Assembly: GCA_964483295.1 (NCBI GenBank)
Contig: CAZAAD010000002.1
Span: 936 to 64,935 of the forward strand
From: an uncultured Gammaproteobacteria bacterium
GTDB lineage: Bacteria > Patescibacteriota > Patescibacteriia > Patescibacteriales > UBA12465
Reading direction: 5' to 3'
DNA length: 64,000 nucleotides
Numbering within the stretch: position 1 is the first letter of the stretch; every line of letters begins with the position of its first letter. This document shows, piece after piece, positions 37,948 to 46,248 of the stretch. The notes beneath the pieces were generated by a model. That model did not search any database and was not told the origin of the DNA. It worked only from the letters and a program-made list of their open reading frames with translations. The position numbers were made by a program, and so were the translations under genes.

Positions 37948-38982
37948 ATGTTTAAAAAACTTGGCAATTATTTCCGAAAAAGTTTTAATCGTTTTTATCA
38001 GCAAAGACGCTCACGTTTGATTTTAGATATTAGTTTAATTGTCGTTATTTTACTATTAACCTTAGCTGTCCTTAGTCTCCATTTTTATAATCCTAAAATC
38101 AGTGAACTTGGTACTTGGTTAAAACCAAGTCCGAAAAAAGAGGCGGCGACAGTAATAACGGAACCGCCAATTGAAGTGACTTTTGCTTGGGAAGATAAAA
38201 TTATTAAAAAAGAGGAAACAGCTAAAATTTTAGTAACTGTTAAAAATACCGCCGAGACAGCAATCTTTAATTATAATTTAAAAATTTCCTCCCGTGATAA
38301 TAATTTTTCTGCGCTCGGCGAATTAAGCTTGTCGGAGCTAGCGGCTAAGTCAGAACAAATATTACCATTAGAAATAAAGATTTCTGAAAATATTGTCTTA
38401 TCGGAGAAATCAGTCTTGCTGCGAGCAATGCAAAGCTACCAAGCGGGTGCTCAAACCTTTAAGGAGGGCTATGATTTACCGGTTATAAAAATTATTTCTG
38501 ATTTAACAGTAGCAGCAGCAGCTTATTATAATAGTCCGCAAGGCGATCAGCTTGGTTCTGGGCCATTACCACCAGTAGCTGGCTTGCCAACAAATTTTTG
38601 GATATTTCTCAAAGCAGAAGCAAATGGTAATTTTACAAATTTTTCTCTCAGCGCTAAGTTGCCAAAAAATGTTGAGCTAACCGACAACTCTTCTTTATTA
38701 GCAGGAGAATTAAATTATAATGCCTCGGCGCGCCAAGTTGTCTGGCGGGTTGATAAAATTGAAGCTCAGTCTAGTGAATATCGGGCCGGTTTTGAGGTCC
38801 AGTTAATCCCTGATGGTTCTCAGGTTGATAACTTGGCCGTGCTAGCAAGTCAGTTGCGATTCCAGGGCGAAGACGCTTTTACAGGTATAAAAGTAGAACA
38901 GTCATTATCTGAGATTAATACTGATTTAGAAGCTGATGCTTTAAATCGGGGTCAGGGCAAAGTTTTGCCGCTAGATGAGTAA
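37948..38982 (+). CDS. membrane-anchored hypothetical protein (beta-rich ectodomain)
   Basis: One N-terminal TM helix, then a beta-sandwich-like sequence (TVKNTAETAIFNYNLKISS). It follows the FG-GAP gene after 8 nt. Confidence 0.5.
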   Translation: MFKKLGNYFRKSFNRFYQQRRSRLILDISLIVVILLLTLAVLSLHFYNPKISELGTWLKPSPKKEAATVITEPPIEVTFAWEDKIIKKEETAKILVTVKNTAETAIFNYNLKISSRDNNFSALGELSLSELAAKSEQILPLEIKISENIVLSEKSVLLRAMQSYQAGAQTFKEGYDLPVIKIISDLTVAAAAYYNSPQGDQLGSGPLPPVAGLPTNFWIFLKAEANGNFTNFSLSAKLPKNVELTDNSSLLAGELNYNASARQVVWRVDKIEAQSSEYRAGFEVQLIPDGSQVDNLAVLASQLRFQGEDAFTGIKVEQSLSEINTDLEADALNRGQGKVLPLDE

Positions 38983-38996
38983 ATAAGCCGATAAAT

Positions 38997-40148
38997 ATGA
39001 TGCACATCATCAGGAGGCTATTTAAGCCAAAATACGAAACATTAAACCGCATTGAGATTGATGCTGCTAAAATAGTGGCTAATTTTAATTATCTCAAAGA
39101 GTTACAGAAAGGAGCGGAAATATTTCCGGTTTTAAAAGCCAATGCTTATGGCCACGGACTAAAGGAGGTCGCACAAATTTTAAATAAAACCTCAGCAAAA
39201 ATGATAGTAGTTGATTCCTATCCAGAGGCACAGATAGTTTATCGTTTTTTTAAAGGCAAAGTTTTGATATTAGGCGAAATGCCACTAGGAGCTTATCGTT
39301 ATACTAAGTTAAGACGAACGGAGTTTGTCGTGTATAACGAAACAACCCTCCGCTTCTTAGCTCGTTTTGGGAAAAAAGCTAAAGTCCATCTTTTCATTAA
39401 CTCGGGCATGAATCGCGAGGGTATTAAGGATATAAGTAAATTTATTACCGAAAATAGCAATTATTTAAATAAGGTAGAAGTAGCCGGCCTTTGTTCTCAC
39501 CTGGCTTCGGCTGATAGTCGTTCAATTATGAATTCGGCGCAAGAAAATAATTTTTTAAGTGCGCTTGATGCCTTAAGGACAGCTGGTTATTTTCCGCGCT
39601 GGATTCACTTAGGAAATTCTGCTTCAGTTTTTTGGTCGGATAATAAGTTATTAACCGCTTTTCGCCCCGGACTAGCTCTTTACGGCTATGATCCTTTTAT
39701 TGATGGGGAAGAGACGGCTCTGCCGTTACGGCCGGCGCTAGAAGTCTTTTCTAAAATTGTATCGGTTCAAGATTTAATGCCTAATGAAAGTGTTTCGTAT
39801 AATGAAACTTACCGCGCTGCTAAAAATGTCCGCATTGCTTCTATGCCGTTTGGTTATTATGAAGGTCTTGATCGACGTTTATCAAATAGAGCAGAGTTTT
39901 TAGTTTCCGGACATGATCGTTTTTGGGCTAAAGTAGCTGGTAGGATTTGTATGAATTTAACGTCATTAGACGTTGAACAACACAATATTCAGGTTGGAGA
40001 TGAGGTTCAGGTCGTCTCTAGTAACCCAGGAGCGCCTAATTCTGTGCCAAATTTGGCTAATATTATGGAAACTATCCCGTATGAATTCTTAGTAAAATTA
40101 CAACCCAATATTCGTCGTTTAGTAATAAACGAGGATAAGATTAAATAA
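38997..40148 (+). CDS. alr: alanine racemase
   Basis: PLP-lysine motif VLKANAYGHG and a C-terminal beta-domain with YNETYRA. Confidence 0.9.
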   Translation: MMHIIRRLFKPKYETLNRIEIDAAKIVANFNYLKELQKGAEIFPVLKANAYGHGLKEVAQILNKTSAKMIVVDSYPEAQIVYRFFKGKVLILGEMPLGAYRYTKLRRTEFVVYNETTLRFLARFGKKAKVHLFINSGMNREGIKDISKFITENSNYLNKVEVAGLCSHLASADSRSIMNSAQENNFLSALDALRTAGYFPRWIHLGNSASVFWSDNKLLTAFRPGLALYGYDPFIDGEETALPLRPALEVFSKIVSVQDLMPNESVSYNETYRAAKNVRIASMPFGYYEGLDRRLSNRAEFLVSGHDRFWAKVAGRICMNLTSLDVEQHNIQVGDEVQVVSSNPGAPNSVPNLANIMETIPYEFLVKLQPNIRRLVINEDKIK

Positions 40149-40149
40149 C

Positions 40150-40998
40150 ATGAGTAAATGGACCGTTAAAAGAAAAATTAAAAAAGACTATCAAGCCAAA
40201 GATTTAAAGAATCCTTTTTTTCGACAGAAGCAAACAGCTAACAAGAGTAAGCGTTTGCGTCGTTGGCCTTTTATTGCAGTTCCAGCTTTGATAGGAATTT
40301 TAGCTTGGTTCTTTTGGGCCGCCCCAATATGGCAGCTAAAAACCATTGATATCCAAGGCTTAACTAGAATAGACAAAGCCGAGCTAGAAAATATTGCTAG
40401 AAGCAGGGAAGCTAATTCCCGTTGGTTATTCTTTAAAGAAAGTAATATCTTTTTATTTCAAGAAAAGGAATTGTACAGCGAAATAATAGATAAATATAAT
40501 TTCGCTCAACTAGAAATTAGAAAACTACTACCGAATAAGTTGGAGATTAAAATTAGTGAGCGCCCCTACGCTTTTATTTTTCAACAGGGAAGCGAGTATA
40601 ATTATGCTTCAGGTGATGGTTATATAATTAAAGAGGTGCCGGTATCAGAAGAAGATAAAGGGAAGTATTTTATTTTGGAAAATAAAAGTCAGGTTGTGTC
40701 TGTTGGTAATAAAAATAAATTAAGCTTGAAACAGGAATACTTAGATTTTTTCTTTGCTCTGAGTGGTAAGTTAGCAGAACATGCTGACCTGCCCGTTGAA
40801 CGCTTTATTATTGACCAAGAACTCAACTCTTTAACTGTTAAATTTAAAGATGGACCCGCTGCCCTGTTTAATGTGAAAAATGGTGCCGGGGAACAGGTCG
40901 CTGATTTAGCTCTTGTCAAAAAAGAAAAAATAAGGGATAATTTCAGTAAGACTAATTATATTGATCTGCGCTACGGCAATCGGATTTTTATAAATTAA
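40150..40998 (+). CDS. ftsQ: FtsQ/DivIB-like cell division protein (TM plus POTRA)
   Basis: Basic N-terminus, a single TM, then IDIQGLTRIDKAELENI (POTRA-like). Confidence 0.7.
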   Translation: MSKWTVKRKIKKDYQAKDLKNPFFRQKQTANKSKRLRRWPFIAVPALIGILAWFFWAAPIWQLKTIDIQGLTRIDKAELENIARSREANSRWLFFKESNIFLFQEKELYSEIIDKYNFAQLEIRKLLPNKLEIKISERPYAFIFQQGSEYNYASGDGYIIKEVPVSEEDKGKYFILENKSQVVSVGNKNKLSLKQEYLDFFFALSGKLAEHADLPVERFIIDQELNSLTVKFKDGPAALFNVKNGAGEQVADLALVKKEKIRDNFSKTNYIDLRYGNRIFIN

Positions 40999-41006
40999 AC
41001 TACCTT

Positions 41007-41150
41007 ATGGAAGGACTATTTAAATTTTTATTTGGATTAGCCATCTTTGTTTACGGCTTAGTATCTGCCGGCATCTTCCTAATAATTATTAAAATTATCC
41101 TAATGTTTAATCCTGAAGTCAGATTCATGGGCCTTACATTCACTTATTAA
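41007..41150 (+). CDS. possible 47-aa hydrophobic peptide
   Basis: My own translation is MEGLFKFLFGLAIFVYGLVSAGIFLIIIKIILMFNPEVRFMGLTFTY*. It lies 8 nt after ftsQ. No further support. Confidence 0.3.
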   Translation: MEGLFKFLFGLAIFVYGLVSAGIFLIIIKIILMFNPEVRFMGLTFTY

Positions 41151-41335
41151 GTTTTTTTATAAGATAAAAGGTACTGGAGTTCGTCTTTGGTTGAAAGTTT
41201 AAAGGTAGTTCTTTTTTAACAATTGTTTTCATTTTTTCATGGATTGTTTTTTGGTTATACTGATTGATTGATGATTGATTATGCGTTTCTTTGTTCATGT
41301 TTTCTTTGTATTTGTTCTGATTTTCTCTAGTACCC

Positions 41336-41367
41336 GGGGGTTGCGTTAAAACAACCCCCATTTTTTT
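41336..41367 (+). terminator. strong rho-independent terminator
   Basis: gggggttg / caaccccc stem (8 bp) with an 8-nt loop, followed by T7. Confidence 0.7.
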
Positions 41368-41377
41368 ATCTTACTAT

Positions 41378-41405
41378 ACGTGTATTAATATACATTATGC
41401 GAAGT
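41378..41405 (-). other. dif: dif-like Xer recombination site
   Basis: The minus strand reads ACTTCGCATAATGTATATTAATACACGT. The 16-nt run CGCATAATGTATATTA is identical to E. coli dif (GGTGCGCATAATGTATATTATGTTAAAT), including the central TGTATA. The right arm diverges. Confidence 0.5.
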
Positions 41406-41418
41406 ATTGTTATGCGAA
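41395..41418 (+). repeat. direct repeat of the dif left-arm 9-mer TTATGCGAA, spaced by 6 nt
   Basis: ttatgcgaa (41395-41403), gtattg, ttatgcgaa (41410-41418). Confidence 0.8.
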
Positions 41419-41526
41419 AAATAAGGGCTTTTTGCGCTATTCTCCTTGTCACCCTTTAGTTATAACTGCTATAATAAGGATGTCTTATAACTCTCCCCTG
41501 TTAGTTTAAATAATTTTTTCTTATAA

Positions 41527-42489
41527 ATGATGTCTACTAAGCCTATTATAAAATATTTATCAGATTTCCTAGATTTCTGTGAAATAGAAAAAGGACTTTC
41601 TGTCAAGACCCAGGAGAACTACACTCGTTTCTTAAAAAAGTTCTTTGTCTGGCTAGAAGAGGTAAAGCTTACTTCCCTGACGCCTGAAGCTTTAACGCCT
41701 GACCATATCTGGAAATATAAAGTTTTTTTATCACGTCGAGTTGATCCTCGGACCAAAAAAACTTTAAAAAAAATAACCCAGAACTCATACTTAATTGCCT
41801 TGCGTTCGCTTTTAGAATTTTTTGTGGAAAAAGACATTGCTTCCCTGCCGCCCTCAAAAATTAAATTAGCTAAAGATAAGGGTGATAAAGAAATAAAATT
41901 TTTAAAACTTGAACAATTATCACGCCTAATGTCGGCGCCTGACACGGCCACTATTATTGGTTTGCGTGATCAAGCTCTCCTGGAGACCTTATTTTCTACT
42001 GGCTTGCGCGTGGCTGAGCTCGCCGCCTTAAATCGTGATCAGGTTAAAATAAAAGATGGGATGGAAGATTTGGAAATTGCCGTGGTCGGTAAAGGTGCCA
42101 AGATTAGAACGGTATATTTCTCTAAGCGGGCCGTAGAAGCTCTGCGCGACTATTTAAACAAGCGCCAGGACTTAGACGAAGCTTTGTTTATTAATTATCG
42201 CCGTGGCGCCGGTAAAAGCCTAGGTAATGATTCACGCCGTTTAACCGTTAAAAGCATTGAAGATATTGTTAAAAAATATGTTCTCATTGCCGGTCTGCCG
42301 GTAATGGCAACACCTCACACTTTGCGTCATTCATTTGCCACGGACTTACTTAATCAGGGTGTTGATTTAAGGACGGTTCAAGAATTTTTAGGCCATAGTA
42401 ATATTGCCACCACCCAGATATATACCCATGTCACTAATAAGCAATTACGAGATATCCATCGACAGGTTCACGACAAACGCAAGTTTTAA
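41527..42489 (+). CDS. xerC: tyrosine site-specific recombinase, XerC/XerD family
   Basis: N-terminal SAM-like core-binding domain. The catalytic residues are in context: ...GLRVAEL..., HTLRHSFAT, GHSNIATTQIYTHV. XerC and XerD cannot be distinguished from sequence alone. Confidence 0.88.
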   Translation: MMSTKPIIKYLSDFLDFCEIEKGLSVKTQENYTRFLKKFFVWLEEVKLTSLTPEALTPDHIWKYKVFLSRRVDPRTKKTLKKITQNSYLIALRSLLEFFVEKDIASLPPSKIKLAKDKGDKEIKFLKLEQLSRLMSAPDTATIIGLRDQALLETLFSTGLRVAELAALNRDQVKIKDGMEDLEIAVVGKGAKIRTVYFSKRAVEALRDYLNKRQDLDEALFINYRRGAGKSLGNDSRRLTVKSIEDIVKKYVLIAGLPVMATPHTLRHSFATDLLNQGVDLRTVQEFLGHSNIATTQIYTHVTNKQLRDIHRQVHDKRKF

Positions 42490-42517
42490 AAAAAGCCCCA
42501 AGTCGGGGCTTTTTTTA
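42490..42517. terminator. bidirectional terminator between xer and the M23 peptidase gene
   Basis: agcccc / ggggct stem with loop aagtc, flanked by A7 and T6. Confidence 0.65.
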
Positions 42518-42541
42518 ATAATATTTAATCAAGAGATTTGT

Positions 42542-43771
42542 TTATGGTAGGTAGTTAGCCGGATTGACCGGTAGGCCGTTTTTTCTGACTTCAAAATGTA
42601 AATGCGGGCCGCTAGAGAAGCTTCCGGAGCCAGGTGTGCCCGGTGTGCCGCCAGTTTTACCAATTACTTCCCCTCTAGTAACATATTGATCAACTTCCAC
42701 GTAAGCGGCTGATACGTGCCCGTAAACAGTGGCTAAATTATCACCATGAATAATCATGATATAAGCATAAGCCTTGGACCCATCAGATTTAACCTTAGCA
42801 ACGTAGCCGTCAGCGGCTGCATATAAGGTTGAGCCTTGAGCGGCACGGATATCAACTCCAGAGTGTTCACCAATAATCTTGCGATAAGGATAATCAGGAT
42901 CATGGAAAGTAGCCGTAATATAATTCTTCTTTACCGGCCAACCGATAGTACTATCGCCGCTCTCTAACCGCTGTTTATCTTTTTCCGACATCTTCTTTCT
43001 AATCAAATTTTCCGCGCCCGCAATTTCTGCCTGAGCTTGATTTTGTTCCGCTTTAGCGCGTGCTAGTAAAGCCTGGAATTCTTTTTCTGAAGATTTTGTT
43101 TCCTCTAAGACAGCAGCTTTTTGGTCCTGTTCATAGACTAAACCATCCTTTTTTTCTTCTAGTTTTTTCTTCATCTCCTCCATCTCCGCACTTTTATCAG
43201 CGAGTAAACCCTTATTCTTAGCTAACTGGTCTTTTTGTTTTTTTAGTTCCTTTACTCCTTCGCCAATGCGATTATTAGTATCACCTAGATATTTCACTTG
43301 ACTTAAAAAGTCGAACAAAGAGTCGTTAAGTAGCAAAGCTTCGAGTGTAGTAGTCTGTTCTTGGCGGTACATAATCTGCAAGAGGTGCGAAATATGTTCT
43401 TTTTGAGCTTCAATTTTTTTATCAAGATTCGTACTATCAACTTCTATTTTTCTAATTTCTAAGGCAGTTTTATCAATTTCTAATTCAACTTCTTCAATGT
43501 CTAAGGCAATTTTACCTAGCCTGTTTTCAATAATTGCTAACTGATTGTTAAGACTAACCTGCTCATTACGTTTAGCGGCAATTTGTGATTGATATTCTTT
43601 TTGGCGGGCCTGTAAACTTTCAATTTGCTTCTTTTGCAACTGGATTTTAAGATTTAAAGCTTCAATTTCTTGATCAATATCAACATTAAGAGCCGCTCCA
43701 GACTGATTCCTGGCGGCTAGTATTACTATAAATATAATTAATAGGGCTAATGACTTGAAAATTTTTCTCAT
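42542..43771 (-). CDS. M23 family metallopeptidase with a long N-terminal coiled coil (EnvC-like)
   Basis: Signal/anchor, about 250 aa of heptad-rich sequence, then the M23 motifs HSGVDI and GPHLHFEV. Confidence 0.88.
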   Translation of the reverse strand: MRKIFKSLALLIIFIVILAARNQSGAALNVDIDQEIEALNLKIQLQKKQIESLQARQKEYQSQIAAKRNEQVSLNNQLAIIENRLGKIALDIEEVELEIDKTALEIRKIEVDSTNLDKKIEAQKEHISHLLQIMYRQEQTTTLEALLLNDSLFDFLSQVKYLGDTNNRIGEGVKELKKQKDQLAKNKGLLADKSAEMEEMKKKLEEKKDGLVYEQDQKAAVLEETKSSEKEFQALLARAKAEQNQAQAEIAGAENLIRKKMSEKDKQRLESGDSTIGWPVKKNYITATFHDPDYPYRKIIGEHSGVDIRAAQGSTLYAAADGYVAKVKSDGSKAYAYIMIIHGDNLATVYGHVSAAYVEVDQYVTRGEVIGKTGGTPGTPGSGSFSSGPHLHFEVRKNGLPVNPANYLP

Positions 43772-43820
43772 GATATAGCTGTTACTCTGCCATTATACCA
43801 TATTTTAGGAGACGCGTAAA

Positions 43821-44825
43821 TTATTTGTTTAAATAATCGTAAGTTTTAGTAGATAGGGATCGGATTATTTCTGTGAGATGTTCAAAGCTCGCTCCATTCT
43901 CTAAATTAGCCCTAGTCATAATACAGAGTAGATAGGGACCTTTAGGCGCATAGATTATGCCACAATCATGTAGCTGTCTTTGATCTTCTAATACTCTTTC
44001 TCCAAATTTATTAGCCACGGCAACTTCTTTAGGCACCCCGCCCTCAATCCCGAAGTCGAATTTAGAGGCGGCTAATATTTCCAAAGCCTTTTCTGACATT
44101 TCTTTATTTAAGTAGGAGGCATTATAAAGAATTTCAAAAAAAGCAGAATATTCAAACACTGACATAAAATTTTCCGGATTTTCCTGACTTGGCGGTTCAA
44201 GGCCGATATCCTGATAGGTCTTTTGCATATCAGCTAAAGAAATATTTTCTAACAAGGTATTAGTCGCTAAGTTATCAGAATAATTAACAGCGTATTTAAT
44301 TAGTTCTTCAACTGTATAAGTTTTTCCTTGCTCCACTCTTTTTTCTGGAATGATGTTTGGTTTAATTTGGCTCGCCGGCTGCGTAATAATTATTTCTTGT
44401 TTTAAGATATCTGGGTTACTTTCAGCCAATTTAAAATAAGCAATCATGATTGGTACTTTCAGTAAGCTGGCTGGAGAAAATTTATCGGCACGATTTATAG
44501 CAATCCAGGAGCCGTTATCAAGATCATGAAAAAAGAGAGATAAGTTAGTAATATGTTGTATTTCTGTTTCTTTATTAATAAGTTCCCGTAATTCCTTTTC
44601 TAATGATTCAGCTTTTTTATAGTCTCTTAATTCTAACGAACAGGTCAGTAGTGGTTTAATATATTTATAGCCGGACTGATGTTTGTCTTGCCCCAAATCA
44701 GACTCAATGTGTTCTGACTCATTACTATTTTTACCAATTAAATAACTAGCGATCATTAAAATAATTAAGCCGCCAAGATAAAGATAAGTTTTTTTATTTT
44801 CTAATTTCATTTTTTTTGATAGCAA
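43821..44825 (-). CDS. membrane-anchored serine hydrolase of the class-A beta-lactamase / PBP-like fold
   Basis: SxxK (PASLLKVP) and an SDN loop (YSDNLATN), with an N-terminal TM. It overlaps the gltX 3' end by 32 nt (17 nt if the start is the ATG at 44810). Confidence 0.65.
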   Translation of the reverse strand: MLSKKMKLENKKTYLYLGGLIILMIASYLIGKNSNESEHIESDLGQDKHQSGYKYIKPLLTCSLELRDYKKAESLEKELRELINKETEIQHITNLSLFFHDLDNGSWIAINRADKFSPASLLKVPIMIAYFKLAESNPDILKQEIIITQPASQIKPNIIPEKRVEQGKTYTVEELIKYAVNYSDNLATNTLLENISLADMQKTYQDIGLEPPSQENPENFMSVFEYSAFFEILYNASYLNKEMSEKALEILAASKFDFGIEGGVPKEVAVANKFGERVLEDQRQLHDCGIIYAPKGPYLLCIMTRANLENGASFEHLTEIIRSLSTKTYDYLNK

Positions 44826-46245
44826 TTTTTAAGCGCGCTAGAGTTTCTTCTTTCCCTAAAGCCCAGGCAAGTTCAAACGGGCTAGGACTATTTTTTAGGC
44901 CCGATAAAGCAACCCGCAACGGCCAAAGGTAGTCACCGTTCTTCCCCGCTTTTTCTTTAATCCAGCCAATTATTTCTTCTTCTAACTTTTTAACTTCCCA
45001 GTTATTTTCAGAAATTTCCGATAGTTTTTCCAATAGCTCAGTTAAATTCTTAAAAATGTCTGCCCCAGTTAATTCCTTCCATAGTAAGAGTGAAGGCTCG
45101 TATTCGCCAAGCGATAATAAAGGGGTAGATAATTCTGTTATATCCTCTAATTTTTTCATTCTTTCCTGCGCTAACACCACATATTTTTCTAGTTTATCTA
45201 AGGCAATATCAAGATAAGGCTTACAGAGCATAACTAATTCGGCTGTTGATTTTTGGCGGATATAATAACCATTAAGATAGTCTAATTTTTCCAAATCAAA
45301 AACTGCCGGACTAGTTCCTAAGCCAGAAAGAGAAAATTCTTGTTTAACTTCAGACATAGTTAACATTTCTTTGTCGCCTTTTGGATGCCAACCAAGCAAA
45401 ACGCAAAAATTAAGTATTGCTTCCGGTAAATAACCCTTCTCTCGATATTGTTCCACAAAAACATCGCCCTGGCGCTTACTTAATTTCCCGCCAGTCTTAT
45501 TGAGAATCAAGGGGAAATGAATAAACTTAGGTGGCGTCCAGCCGAAAGCCTGATATAAAAGAATATTTTTTGGAAAAGATGGTAGCCACTCATCGCCGCG
45601 CGTAACGTGGGAAATTTCCATTAAGTGATCATCAACTACGCTAGCAAATTGATAAGTCGGGATGCCATTAGACTTGATTAAAACATGGTCATCTAAGTCG
45701 GCCGCAGGAAATTTAATATCGCCTCTTAATTCATCGTGGACTAAAATTTCTCCTTCTAGAGGCATTTTTTGGCGAATCACATAACTTTCACCAGCTGCTA
45801 CTTTTTTAGCAACTTCTTCTTGACTCAAGTTTCGACAAAGACGATCATAGCGGGGTGGCATCTTTCTGGCTTCTTGCTCAGCGCGCATACTTGCTAATCT
45901 GTCTTCAGTACAGAAACAGCGATAAGCCTTCCCTTCTTTTAATAGTTTATCCGCTTGCTCCTTATAAATTTCTAAACGCTCAGTTTGAATATAGGGACCA
46001 TAATTACCGCCCATTTTTGGCCCTTCATCAAACTCTATGCTCATCCAAGAGCAAATTGAAATCAGGCTATCAATCGCGCCCGCAACTTCCCTTTTTTGGT
46101 CAGTATCTTCAATGCGTAAAATAAATTGACCACCTTGGCTCTTGGCTAAAAGATAGCCAAATAAAGCTGAGCGTAAATTTCCGACATGCAAGAAACCAGT
46201 CGGCGAGGGGGCAAAGCGAAAACGAATAGATTTATTAGCTGACAT
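44794..46245 (-). CDS. gltX: glutamyl-tRNA synthetase
   Basis: RFAPSPTGFLHVGN (HIGH) and KLSKR (KMSKS). Confidence 0.93.
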   Translation of the reverse strand: MSANKSIRFRFAPSPTGFLHVGNLRSALFGYLLAKSQGGQFILRIEDTDQKREVAGAIDSLISICSWMSIEFDEGPKMGGNYGPYIQTERLEIYKEQADKLLKEGKAYRCFCTEDRLASMRAEQEARKMPPRYDRLCRNLSQEEVAKKVAAGESYVIRQKMPLEGEILVHDELRGDIKFPAADLDDHVLIKSNGIPTYQFASVVDDHLMEISHVTRGDEWLPSFPKNILLYQAFGWTPPKFIHFPLILNKTGGKLSKRQGDVFVEQYREKGYLPEAILNFCVLLGWHPKGDKEMLTMSEVKQEFSLSGLGTSPAVFDLEKLDYLNGYYIRQKSTAELVMLCKPYLDIALDKLEKYVVLAQERMKKLEDITELSTPLLSLGEYEPSLLLWKELTGADIFKNLTELLEKLSEISENNWEVKKLEEEIIGWIKEKAGKNGDYLWPLRVALSGLKNSPSPFELAWALGKEETLARLKIAIKKNEIRK

Positions 46246-46248
46246 ATA

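Noticed and set aside
41140-41361. 73-aa minus-strand ORF (MGVVLTQPPGTRENQNKYKEN...).
   Set aside because: Its start codon and first 8 codons are the complement of the plus-strand terminator hairpin. The sequence is N/K/Q low-complexity, reflecting the T-rich opposite strand. I see no promoter.
41527-42489. Tyrosine recombinase as the integrase of a prophage or integrative element.
   Set aside because: There are no phage, conjugation or cargo genes on either side, and no tRNA or flanking direct repeats. The sequence is XerC/D-like, and a dif-like site sits upstream.
43821-44825. Class-A-like serine hydrolase as an acquired beta-lactam resistance gene.
   Set aside because: It is membrane-anchored, sits between an M23 peptidase and gltX with no mobile context, and its KTG-box region is degenerate (NKFG). 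A cell-wall or PBP-like housekeeping role is more likely.
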